Shown: positions 12,201 through 20,255 of the stretch, in pieces
How positions within the stretch are numbered: position 1 is the stretch's first letter
Layout: each line of letters opens with the position of its first letter
Sequence record: OV032902.1
Reading direction: 5' to 3' (one strand)
Length of the DNA stretch: 64,000 bases
Notes under the pieces: generated by a model
The model's input: only the letters and a program-made list of their open reading frames with translations
Database searches by the model: none
Told to the model about the DNA's origin: nothing
Position numbers and translations under genes: made by a program

Positions 12201-12762
12201 TTCTGAGATGGTTCTACCTAACGTTACTGGCGTAAGTGCATTTGTACGTGGTTGTCCACTATATGACAATGGCGGCATGGCGGTTACGCATGACCCTGCT
12301 AAGTTTAACTTTGCTAATGTGGTTTCGTTAGATAACTTCTTTGAAGATTGTCCAGTATTCAATCAAGACGTAAGCACTATGGCTGCGGGTACACTTACTC
12401 GTACTAATGCTACGTTTAAGAATTGTGCTGCCTTCAATCAAGATGTATCTAGCTGGAACATGTCTAATGTTATTATTACGGAAGATATGTTTTCTGGTTG
12501 TACGAACTTTGATGGCGATCTAACTCTATGGTCTCTTGACTCACTAGAGAATGCTAACTACATGTTCTTGGATGCTGTGTCATTCACAGGTACAGGTGTT
12601 GGCGGTTGGTCGTTTGGTGCACTAATTACGGCAGAAGAAATGTTCCGTGGATGTACAGTAGTGGGTGACGTGTTTAGCGCATGGGACTTTACTGGTGTTA
12701 GTTCTACGGATGCATTTACAGATGCTCCATTAGTCGTTAGCTTCCCTATCGGTTACGTTTAA
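9265..12762 (+). CDS. DUF285-repeat protein, 1165 aa, two modules
   Basis: GGAG RBS before ATG 9265 (the track start at 9247 is upstream of the RBS); two DLTGKGNH/DITGNDNH domains each followed by repeats. Confidence 0.8.
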   Translation: MSTFVRLFKYDGDGDVELNYGIIPTSINADPERVISRYSPTTDYPANSFIVRDGDVYHSPHGSAPGPFNSAEWNNVEGLFALVQTFDTDAAYDADSVMLHPRDDAPYYAEAATGPGSLDGDAWVPFTETDAAVTLHCYLDPDSDTELPTVIAGKCVEIKDISLQESDYLDYFAGFYDATNSSEMAVNADGTGTVTNGSIVRWIRDLTGKGNHGIQTDDTLCPRFVAKPGGGGYLRFDPGGHFKVPTITTPTDHWLSCAGRGEAVFLGIDNDRDESNPGATLGMKNHTDTKAWIWSGEAIATERVIQEHEDYVLEDLKELTAKAEGDVSPLGGCFENESRLYRVIPGFNTLGQTMAQTFKNCTIFTGGVSGWDVRFITSLIETFYGCANFNESIGNWQTNNLQLLTSTFQGAFKFNQDLSAWDVSKVRTFDYCFADTTAYNNGGVNLLNWTTPAAESMTGMFLNAQSFNQELGYWDTSSVTSMESMFDGAETFNQDIGSWDVSLVANMDRMFYGTTDFNQDISWWCADSIPTEPTDFDTDSGFVDQAALQPNWGGCLPTGFIAIYEYDDPATMGAATTGVGGVTDGTKVAYVTDITGNDNHAIQADPLLQPTFREVADGKGYLEFTNDQHLVCAAITNPTHCASAHEGRGTVRHATMDNTAGMKVGINFAAADKKWELASQSFAETTVLQDDWDFEFDRRGAVAKQNAIPAGSQVKSMFEDEQYVTDGVAALTLPDLTDMTAMMKGCFRWNEDIDAWDVSSCTDMTSAFEGCVAFNGTCSSWNVSSVVSFNSMFKTAALFNQDITSWVTSSATDMSGMFMFAGSFTQDLSGWNTEFVTDMSQMFERSSVNFDLSALDTAAVVNFNRMFADSNFFNQDINAVDFSAAEDMGGMFYGAKAFNNGGQALAINAPVATTLNQFLSFSDVFNQDISAMNLPAVETLGGFLSGAQSFNNIIAGFSAPVATDVNSFFAYAPGFNQDISEMVLPNVTGVSAFVRGCPLYDNGGMAVTHDPAKFNFANVVSLDNFFEDCPVFNQDVSTMAAGTLTRTNATFKNCAAFNQDVSSWNMSNVIITEDMFSGCTNFDGDLTLWSLDSLENANYMFLDAVSFTGTGVGGWSFGALITAEEMFRGCTVVGDVFSAWDFTGVSSTDAFTDAPLVVSFPIGYV

Positions 12763-12770
12763 TATTACAA

Positions 12771-12805
12771 CAACCCGTCCCGAAAGGGGCGGGTTGATTG
12801 TTTTT
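12771..12805 (+). terminator. Intrinsic terminator
   Basis: CAACCCGTCCC-GAAA-GGGGCGGGTTG followed by a T tract. Confidence 0.85.
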
Positions 12806-12810
12806 ACACA

Positions 12811-12836
12811 TCTATATTACCAACGTGGTTATTCAT
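12811..12836 (+). promoter_or_regulatory. Putative early promoter (phiKZ-type TATATTAC)
   Basis: TCTATATTAC-CAACGTGGTTATTCAT upstream of RBS AGGAG and ATG 12853; the motif recurs at four other operon heads. Confidence 0.7.
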
Positions 12837-12852
12837 CTATAGGAGACCAAAT

Positions 12853-13065
12853 ATGAAGATGGGACTACATCGACTGATAGGTCAAAAGACTGGTGCTATG
12901 CCAAAGCAAGAAGTCAAAAAGCCTAGACTCGTAAAAGAGATCATGGCTGAGCCTCAGTGGTTAGAATATCAAGGCAAGAAGTACATCGGTACAACGGTTC
13001 GTTATCGTGACCCTATTAGTTACGAAATCGAAAAGATTGAAACTGACTTCACGGAGATCAAGTAA
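12853..13065 (+). CDS. Hypothetical protein, 70 aa
   Basis: AGGAG RBS; first ORF after the promoter; stop overlaps the next start. Confidence 0.7.
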   Translation: MKMGLHRLIGQKTGAMPKQEVKKPRLVKEIMAEPQWLEYQGKKYIGTTVRYRDPISYEIEKIETDFTEIK

Positions 13066-14018
13066 TGCGTATTGGTATTCCATGTCAGATTGTCGAGGAG
13101 TACGAAAAGCGTAATGGTACAAAAGACATACGCAGTATAAAAGGTGCACTTATCGGAAAGATGCAAGTTGCTCAATGGTTTAAATACAAAGAGCAAGGCA
13201 TCCATGAAGAAAAGCTAATGGAGAAACTACAACAGAATTTGGATGCACTTATCTTCCAATTAGAAGTTGTCGCTAAGTTTCCTATTACAGCACGTATGCT
13301 TCGTATTAGTTCTGAGCTATTACCGCTTCGTGACTTTCCTGACGTAATGCCTACTTATGAAAAAGCTAACTTTAAATCTGTAGTTAATAAAGCTTTGAAT
13401 AAGGCGGGCGACATAATCAAAGAAAACAATATCCGTGTTAGTGTTCATCCAAGTCAATGGATTACGTTGTTCTCTGAGAATGACGAAACCGTAGATAAAG
13501 CTGAAGCACATATCAAGATTTGGATTGAGATGTTCCGCACTATGGGACTAGGTCCAACTGAGCACGGTGTTTGTATCGTTCTTCATACAAACGGCCAAAG
13601 AAAAGAAATGCGTTATTACGATACCGCTTTCAAACGCTGGCTGGCATTTGAAAACGATGAGAAACAAGCAGGCTTTGTTAAGACGTTAAAAGTCTGTCAA
13701 AAAGAAGGCATCCGTATGGTTGTCGATGTCCATCATTACTACTGCGAAAACAAGATGCATTTCTCTCTTAACTCAGACGAGATGTATGCCGTCTTAGCGA
13801 CGTGGAATGGTAAAGGTAGGGCAAAGATGCATTGGTCCTCTTCAAGAGGCACTAAGAACTTTAGAGAGCTTTGTAGCCATGCTGACTACATATCCGAAGA
13901 AGATATGGAAAGATGGTGGGAGTTCGGTTATCAATTTGACATTATGATAGAAGCCAAGCACAAGAACCTTGCTTCACATCTTGTCCACGACTATGTAACA
14001 AAACAAATGGGAATCTAA
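13065..14018 (+). CDS. uvsE: UV-damage endonuclease (UvsE/UVDE, TIM barrel)
   Basis: RISSELLP, RVSVHPSQW, IVLH, ENDE, DVHH, KMHWSSSR, HADYI and DIMIEAKHK match the UVDE metal-ligand motifs in order. Confidence 0.9.
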   Translation: MRIGIPCQIVEEYEKRNGTKDIRSIKGALIGKMQVAQWFKYKEQGIHEEKLMEKLQQNLDALIFQLEVVAKFPITARMLRISSELLPLRDFPDVMPTYEKANFKSVVNKALNKAGDIIKENNIRVSVHPSQWITLFSENDETVDKAEAHIKIWIEMFRTMGLGPTEHGVCIVLHTNGQRKEMRYYDTAFKRWLAFENDEKQAGFVKTLKVCQKEGIRMVVDVHHYYCENKMHFSLNSDEMYAVLATWNGKGRAKMHWSSSRGTKNFRELCSHADYISEEDMERWWEFGYQFDIMIEAKHKNLASHLVHDYVTKQMGI

Positions 14019-14019
14019 C

Positions 14020-14514
14020 ATGAAACATCTAAACTCTGAAACTCTAAACTACATTGGCGAAAAATTCAGCGGTCTTGAAATCATCGAAGACTTCAAACAT
14101 GAGTGTGGCTTTATGATCACTCCTGAAGTAAAAGCGATGCTTAACGCACTTGACTCTCTGCAACTACATACTGACATTACAGCTATGGAGATTGCTGAGT
14201 TTCTTGTAGACCATCAAGAATGTTCGCTACGTGACAACAATAAGTTTGACCCAGACTTTGGTTTGTTGCTTAACTTTGCAAGCTGTGAGAATACATTCCG
14301 TATCCGTTTGGGTGCTTTACATTCTTACCGCAATCGCAATCGTATTCTTGCTGAGCCTACACCAGAAGACTGCGGAATGACAAAAGTTCTTGGTCTGGGT
14401 GAATACCTAGTAGACGAAGAACTCAATGTCGTTGACGCGGATTGGTTCATGCAAGACTTGGACAGCCATGACGAAATCATGGTTACTGTAACTATCGCAG
14501 AGGAGGAACTATAA
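14020..14514 (+). CDS. Hypothetical protein
   Basis: 164-aa ORF tightly coupled in the operon. Confidence 0.7.
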   Translation: MKHLNSETLNYIGEKFSGLEIIEDFKHECGFMITPEVKAMLNALDSLQLHTDITAMEIAEFLVDHQECSLRDNNKFDPDFGLLLNFASCENTFRIRLGALHSYRNRNRILAEPTPEDCGMTKVLGLGEYLVDEELNVVDADWFMQDLDSHDEIMVTVTIAEEEL

Positions 14515-15122
14515 TGCCTGTTTACAACACCCTGCCATTCATGTTGAAAAACACTACCTTCAAACCGACTCGTTCATATCAGAACTGTACGATGGACCAG
14601 CTGTGGCGCATGCATAAAACCATCAATGCTTTAAACCCTAATTACAATCATACTGTGATTATGCCGGAGTCTCAAGCTAAAGCCTTCATGCAGCGTTACT
14701 ACGACAAGTTCCCTAAGGTAGATTTCTACTTTGTTCGTATTAAAGGTTGGGACCCAGAAGCTCGTGCAATGGATTACGAAATCATCATGAGTCGTGAAAC
14801 ATGCAAAAACAAGAAAGAACTTAACTGGCAGGCATTCTCACAAGTTGATTGGCTTAAAGACTTTAAGACACACATTAACAAGAAAGTCATGTCTGACCCG
14901 CGCAACCATGAATTGTCGAAGGGTACGCTTAATGACCTCATTCGTGATAAGTGGGATTCTACATCTCATGAGCAAGTTATTCGCGGCTACGAGCAGCGTA
15001 ACTTAACTCACAAAATCTTCTATAACTGGTATACTTCCGACGCCTACATGAACATGGACGGAGCTATTCCTAATCTAACTAAATCAACTCGTAAACCTGC
15101 ACTACCTACTAAAGAGGACTAA
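14514..15122 (+). CDS. Hypothetical protein
   Basis: 202 aa, GAGGAGG RBS, TAATG coupling. Confidence 0.75.
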   Translation: MPVYNTLPFMLKNTTFKPTRSYQNCTMDQLWRMHKTINALNPNYNHTVIMPESQAKAFMQRYYDKFPKVDFYFVRIKGWDPEARAMDYEIIMSRETCKNKKELNWQAFSQVDWLKDFKTHINKKVMSDPRNHELSKGTLNDLIRDKWDSTSHEQVIRGYEQRNLTHKIFYNWYTSDAYMNMDGAIPNLTKSTRKPALPTKED

Positions 15123-15125
15123 ATC

Positions 15126-16157
15126 ATGCCAGGACCTAAAACAGCAACACAAATTTTCGGCCTAGCTGGCCACGGTATTCCAACTGCATTGTTAGATGCA
15201 ATGCGTACAGAAGCAAGCAAGTTAGCTGTAATGAGCATTGCAGAAGAGACTAACGCTAAGTTTGCTAACATGATGCGTGAAGCAGCACATGCAGCAGAAG
15301 CGGGCAAGATGCTTACTATTGATTCTTTGGAGCAGCTTCGCGGTGGACTCGATGAGGGTGATTACTTCAGTCGTAAGCTACAGATGCAAAAGATAGCTGA
15401 GACGGCTATAACCAGAAATCATGGTTTTGGTCCAACACGCGATAGATCACATCTACTCCGTCGCGCTTATGCAGTGCACCAGCCTTTCGATGGAAGTCAC
15501 ATTCAATACCATCAAGACATCATGCGTGCCCACTGGGACTTACCTGAGTATCCAACTTACTTTGGTACAAACAAAATGGGATATCGATGCAACCTAGTTA
15601 ACATTGGTAAATTCCTTGTTAAGTTCCCTGAGATGCATTTACCCCAGTTAGTTACTGTATCTGTTTTGCCTGGTTCAACTTACGATATGGTTAAGCTGAA
15701 AGGCACTAAGCGTCTAGTGAAAGCTCCATCTCACTTTATGTTTAATCTGCATGGTCATGGCTATCTATACACTTGGCAACTAGAAATTCTCCGTCGCGTC
15801 AAAAATGAGGCATTCGCCCCATTAATTGAGGCAGCTATGCGTTTCGGTTACCACTTCCCTATGGGTGGTTATAATGAGTGGTTGCACCTGGATACCAAGT
15901 TAAACCGTATCCCGACAACTATTCGTACCAGCATCGGAACTAAGATGAGCTTAGCACCACACTGGCTCAAAATTCCGTACAATGTGTTTACGACTAAGTT
16001 TATTTTCAGTAAACCTAATCCTCTCACTGATGGTCCTACCCCTGCTTACTATCATCCGTATGGTCGTTACAACATCCCTGCGGTAGAACAATACCATCAC
16101 GATTATCTCGCTAACTTTAAATACAGTCCATTGGACATGGAGTTCAAAAATGCGTAA
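15126..16157 (+). CDS. Hypothetical protein
   Basis: 343 aa, GAGG RBS. Confidence 0.75.
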   Translation: MPGPKTATQIFGLAGHGIPTALLDAMRTEASKLAVMSIAEETNAKFANMMREAAHAAEAGKMLTIDSLEQLRGGLDEGDYFSRKLQMQKIAETAITRNHGFGPTRDRSHLLRRAYAVHQPFDGSHIQYHQDIMRAHWDLPEYPTYFGTNKMGYRCNLVNIGKFLVKFPEMHLPQLVTVSVLPGSTYDMVKLKGTKRLVKAPSHFMFNLHGHGYLYTWQLEILRRVKNEAFAPLIEAAMRFGYHFPMGGYNEWLHLDTKLNRIPTTIRTSIGTKMSLAPHWLKIPYNVFTTKFIFSKPNPLTDGPTPAYYHPYGRYNIPAVEQYHHDYLANFKYSPLDMEFKNA

Positions 16158-16542
16158 GCTAATTTGTCGTGTTATTAAGGCGGTCCGTGAAGATCGCCAA
16201 ACCCCTTCTCATGGCGGCTGGGGTACAGCTCGTTTAGATGAACGTCGCAAAACATGCGACCGTCTTCAGAAAGAGCTTCTCACAATGGAAGACATTCAGT
16301 TAGCCGTCTACGCTGATTTCGCTGAATTTCTGTACCATCTTCCTCAGACATCTGTGCCTGGTAGCTTCCACGAGCAATTAGAAGAAATCATGGAAAAGCG
16401 CATGTACCTTTTAGATGCTGTCCGTACTTGTGGCATGGTGCAAGCTTTCCTTCATGAAAGTAGTGAGGCAATCCTGTTTATCACTGCTGGCAAACTTAAA
16501 GACATCCAAGAACAATACGGAGTTTCCGATGAGCAAAACTAG
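16150..16542 (+). CDS. Hypothetical protein
   Basis: 130 aa, GGAG RBS, short overlap with the upstream gene. Confidence 0.7.
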   Translation: MRKLICRVIKAVREDRQTPSHGGWGTARLDERRKTCDRLQKELLTMEDIQLAVYADFAEFLYHLPQTSVPGSFHEQLEEIMEKRMYLLDAVRTCGMVQAFLHESSEAILFITAGKLKDIQEQYGVSDEQN

Positions 16543-17194
16543 ACTAGCGTTTACCGTCGCTTTCAACAAAGCGGCACTTACTGAAGAACAAGCTAAGCTG
16601 CTTGAGTCTTTCTATCGTCAAGACCTGGCTAAGATGGCTCGTGCTAACAATATCATTAAGTTGATGGGTATTCCTAAGATGTCTGATGCAAGTCGTGATA
16701 TCTTTCATTTGATACATAACATCAAAGTAAGTCGCGGTGGCAGTGTACCTGAACGCATCCGTATCAGTATCTGTCTAGAAGCTACGGGTTCAATGCCTCA
16801 TCTTATCCGTGCGTTAAACGCACTATTGGAAGAGCTAAAGCCTGCACTTGATGATTACGATGGTGATCTGCGTTTTGCGCGTTATGCTGAAGATACTAAG
16901 AAGATTCAGTTCTGTGCGCATCACAAAGAAAACTCTGCCTTTGCCGTAAGTGACACACAGTGTATTGAACCTGACGCAGAAATCTTACTTAAGAAGTTAG
17001 AGGACCGTGTCATGCATCAATTGAAGTTACGTGAAATGAGCTTTGCTCGTGCGAAGCCTACTGCCAAAGGTGGCACGGTAGTTAAAGCCGAAGGTCTAAC
17101 GGGCGCATCTGTTGAGCCGTACGAAGTCGGCTATGATGAAAATGGTGAAGCGGTTTATTTTTCAGCTGAAAATACTCAAGACGGAGAAGAGTAA
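16529..17194 (+). CDS. Hypothetical protein
   Basis: Start moved to ATG 16529 (GGAG upstream); acidic C-terminus. Confidence 0.7.
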   Translation: MSKTRLAFTVAFNKAALTEEQAKLLESFYRQDLAKMARANNIIKLMGIPKMSDASRDIFHLIHNIKVSRGGSVPERIRISICLEATGSMPHLIRALNALLEELKPALDDYDGDLRFARYAEDTKKIQFCAHHKENSAFAVSDTQCIEPDAEILLKKLEDRVMHQLKLREMSFARAKPTAKGGTVVKAEGLTGASVEPYEVGYDENGEAVYFSAENTQDGEE

Positions 17195-17195
17195 A

Positions 17196-17723
17196 ATGAA
17201 ACAACTAACTATGGTTATGGCCATTGACCGTAATGGCGCACTGGGTCGCGGTAACGATCTTATCATCCGCGATAAGAAAGACATGGACTTCTTTAAGTCT
17301 GTGACTAAAAACAAGACAACCATTATGGGCTACAAGACATGGCTGTCTATTGGCGCTAAGCCTCTGCCTGGCCGTACGGCAATTGTACTGACAAGTACTC
17401 CAGTAGCTGCCGAAATCGCACACCCTGGCGATACTGCTTTCTTCGTTAACTGTAAAGAAGAAGCACTTCGCATTGCTCGTGCTATTAACCGTGATGCTGT
17501 TGTTATTGGTGGCGGTCAAGTATACCGTGAATTCCAACAAGATGCAGATGTTATCTGGATGACTACTTGGGATACGGTTATCGAAGACGCAGATGTTTTC
17601 CTTTCTGCTTCTATCTACGACGGACGTATTGGTGAGACCATCGAACGTCTAACGCACAAGGATGGCTTTACTGGTCTAATCCGTGCATACAAATGGGCTG
17701 ACCCGGAGAAGAAAAATGGCTGA
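17196..17723 (+). CDS. folA: Dihydrofolate reductase (divergent)
   Basis: AIDRNGALG, DMDFFK, IMGYKTWLSIG, PLPGR, VIGGGQVY; start at ATG 17196 after GGAG. Confidence 0.85.
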   Translation: MKQLTMVMAIDRNGALGRGNDLIIRDKKDMDFFKSVTKNKTTIMGYKTWLSIGAKPLPGRTAIVLTSTPVAAEIAHPGDTAFFVNCKEEALRIARAINRDAVVIGGGQVYREFQQDADVIWMTTWDTVIEDADVFLSASIYDGRIGETIERLTHKDGFTGLIRAYKWADPEKKNG

Positions 17724-18267
17724 ACATCGTAAGGTACAAGTTGGCGTTATCAAAGGACGCTTTTCAACAAAAGACATGCCTGACACAGTCAGAAAGCTTT
17801 TGCTGTTTATTCAAGAGCGTTGCTCTACTGAGTTGATTATGGATGCATGGCGTAAAGCTCATCGTGAAGTAAAGGGCTACGATTCCATGGTCGGCGATAG
17901 CGTCGAAAAGCTAGTCGAGAACATGGATGTAGAAGATGCACGTAGTTTCCTTCACCAGTATCAATTAGAGCTGCACTTCTCTGCTCAGATGTTGCCAGGT
18001 AACTTTGCTGTTGCCATGGAAACATTCTTCTCAGTCATTTCTGCTTATCGTCGTGAGATTCGCTACCCAGGCATGATGTATTGTCTGCGTGCTAAAAACT
18101 CGGCGAAAGTCTGTCATTTCTTTACAGGTATCTATAACCAATCACACCGTGGGGTTGAGCATACTACACCACAAGGTCTTCTGGCGTGTCCTTTATATAA
18201 GGAATATCAAGTCGGTAAAATCTTTGGCGGTATTGCTCAAGTGGTTGAAGACTCTAGCTACCAGTAA
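17716..18267 (+). CDS. Hypothetical protein
   Basis: GGAG RBS before ATG 17716. Confidence 0.7.
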   Translation: MAEHRKVQVGVIKGRFSTKDMPDTVRKLLLFIQERCSTELIMDAWRKAHREVKGYDSMVGDSVEKLVENMDVEDARSFLHQYQLELHFSAQMLPGNFAVAMETFFSVISAYRREIRYPGMMYCLRAKNSAKVCHFFTGIYNQSHRGVEHTTPQGLLACPLYKEYQVGKIFGGIAQVVEDSSYQ

Positions 18268-18506
18268 TGAAACCTCCCCCATCGACCCCGTTAAGCGAAG
18301 TAATAACTACTATTATTGGTAGCTTTATTGCTTGTGGCTTAATGGTTGGACTTCCTTACATTGCCAAGGAATGGCGATATGATGATCTGCGCAAAACAAG
18401 CGCGGAACTGATTAAGGACAGGGAAACCAAAACATGCCCACCACCCCACGGTGGGCAGGTCACTGGTTGTGAACTAAACAGAGAAAATAAAAATAAGAGG
18501 CAATGA
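18267..18506 (+). CDS. Small membrane protein
   Basis: One hydrophobic segment (IITTIIGSFIACGLMVGL); TAATG coupling. Confidence 0.6.
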   Translation: MKPPPSTPLSEVITTIIGSFIACGLMVGLPYIAKEWRYDDLRKTSAELIKDRETKTCPPPHGGQVTGCELNRENKNKRQ

Positions 18507-18694
18507 CCATGGAAATTAAGAAACCGGAACATGCCGAAATCCTGACTGGCAAAGAGCCAACGACTGACACTAAGTCAGACATTCCTGATCGCGCAAGGGA
18601 GAATCAAAATGCGAACACTAATGGCAATACCTGTGATAGTACTTATTGCGGTGATAATCTTGTTGGGCGTCTTTCTACCGACGGAGAATCCTAA
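18503..18694 (+). CDS. Possible small protein, 63 aa, overlapping the next gene
   Basis: ATGA coupling to the previous stop and GAGG RBS, but overlaps 18609..19181 by 86 nt. Confidence 0.35.
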   Translation: MTMEIKKPEHAEILTGKEPTTDTKSDIPDRARENQNANTNGNTCDSTYCGDNLVGRLSTDGES

Positions 18695-19181
18695 CTATGG
18701 CTTTGAAACCACGCAGGAAGAACCAGCCTCTTTTACCCCAGTGTTTGAAGACGAAGATGACGATCGAGAGTTCGAACTATCTGACGGAATCTCTATTGAA
18801 GCCGACGGAGACATCAACATCGGAGACTTCGAAATCGAAACAGATGAAATCATGGCCGGACTTGCCGCGGGAGCAGCTGGAAAAGCTGGCCACTCCAAGT
18901 TTAAAGCAGGCGCTAAAGGAACTGGAACGCAGCGAGCAAAACCAGCAGGTGTCGTTCTCAATCCGAAGCCAGGGGCGAGCAGTCCAGCCAAGCGAGTGGA
19001 TATCAAACAGTCTGTACGTCCGGCAGCCGCTAATGCTGTATTGGCTCCGAGGGGAAATAACGCTGGAGGAACTAGTGGGACTAAATCAGGGAACACTAAC
19101 TCCACTGCGAAAACTAAACTGGACACCAAACCAGCTCCTCCGCCACCGCCTCCTAAGAGGAACAAATCACGCAAGCGTTAG
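18609..19181 (+). CDS. Membrane-anchored low-complexity protein (TM, acidic patch, Gly/Ala, basic Pro-rich tail)
   Basis: AGGGAG RBS; N-terminal hydrophobic helix; atypical GGA-rich Gly codons. Confidence 0.65.
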   Translation: MRTLMAIPVIVLIAVIILLGVFLPTENPNYGFETTQEEPASFTPVFEDEDDDREFELSDGISIEADGDINIGDFEIETDEIMAGLAAGAAGKAGHSKFKAGAKGTGTQRAKPAGVVLNPKPGASSPAKRVDIKQSVRPAAANAVLAPRGNNAGGTSGTKSGNTNSTAKTKLDTKPAPPPPPPKRNKSRKR

Positions 19182-19212
19182 AGGATATCCTATATATCCT
19201 AGGGAGTTTTAA

Positions 19213-19857
19213 ATGTTTGAAAATATAGCAATCGGCTGGTATCTGATACTGGCTGTTTTCGCTGTGGCTGTTATTGTGGCGTCTAACAAGCGCCACAAGA
19301 ATGACCCAGGTAATCCAGCGTATGGTCTAGACGAAGAAGTTGATATTCCTTCTCCTGATGATAGTCGCAAAGACTTATTGCAAATGTCCGTAATGGGCGA
19401 GCAATTTGATCGAGAGCGACGAGACGTAGATCAGATCACCGACTTTATGAAAGATCAAGACGGCAAGATGTTTCGTTTTACTCTTTCCATGCAAGGCAAA
19501 AGTCATGACTTCGTTTGGTCGGCTAACGTCGTTGGTGAGAATCTAGAAAACCTTGTCATTAACGGCTATTACTCTTTAGAGACTTGGGTAGAGTTGGTAG
19601 AGTCAGACAGAATGCATATCTGGCTTTTCAATTTCGATCATGTTCCAACTATCTACGATACTCATGATTCTTCTGGGATTTCTTTCGTGCCTGGTGACGT
19701 TGCCAACGTAAAAGACGTCAATAAAGATAAGCAGTATTATTTTTATGGGCGCACTGAGAATGGCCTGGCTGATTGGCGAGAAAAAGGCCCTGCGTCTACT
19801 GGGCGAATCTTTCGTTCAATGTACTTTAAAAGGAAGTATGCAAATGCGAACACATAG
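19213..19857 (+). CDS. Membrane-anchored hypothetical protein
   Basis: N-terminal TM (IGWYLILAVFAVAVIVA); GGGAG RBS. Confidence 0.75.
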   Translation: MFENIAIGWYLILAVFAVAVIVASNKRHKNDPGNPAYGLDEEVDIPSPDDSRKDLLQMSVMGEQFDRERRDVDQITDFMKDQDGKMFRFTLSMQGKSHDFVWSANVVGENLENLVINGYYSLETWVELVESDRMHIWLFNFDHVPTIYDTHDSSGISFVPGDVANVKDVNKDKQYYFYGRTENGLADWREKGPASTGRIFRSMYFKRKYANANT

Positions 19858-20245
19858 TCGTGAAAACGTCGAACTTAAGTCTTGTTGGTGTTTTCCAATA
19901 AAACGCTTTGACTTAGCTAGTGCCTACAGCACTGACTCACTAACTGTCTCTTTTATCTTTGATGGAGACAATTACCGCATCAATCACGATGCAGTTGAAG
20001 AAGTTCCAAACGGTGTAAGTATTACCCATCGTGAACTCATCATTGCTCCTGCCGTTATCTCCCTGAAAGGAGACAGCACGGTATTTACGGTGACCTTTAG
20101 TAATCTACATAGTCTGATTCGAGACATGGCACCTGATGAATATCTCACAGTCGAAGTAGAGCATACTCTAGACGGCATCGTTGATTACATCGCGCTCACT
20201 AAAAAGACGTGTGATCTTAATCCAATCCCAATCGAAATCTCTTAA
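19838..20245 (+). CDS. Hypothetical protein
   Basis: AAGGA RBS before ATG 19838. Confidence 0.6.
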   Translation: MQMRTHSRENVELKSCWCFPIKRFDLASAYSTDSLTVSFIFDGDNYRINHDAVEEVPNGVSITHRELIIAPAVISLKGDSTVFTVTFSNLHSLIRDMAPDEYLTVEVEHTLDGIVDYIALTKKTCDLNPIPIEIS

Positions 20246-20255
20246 GGAGAACCAC

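Noticed and set aside
1002-12362. Many 60-180-aa antisense and alternative-frame ORFs over the DUF285 genes
   Set aside because: They lack RBSs and read as codon shadows of highly biased repeat genes; the same applies to most short track ORFs nested in longer genes elsewhere in the window
18695-19174. 159-aa minus-strand ORF opposite the low-complexity membrane gene
   Set aside because: Antisense to an early operon, no RBS or promoter, and composition mirrors the sense low-complexity sequence
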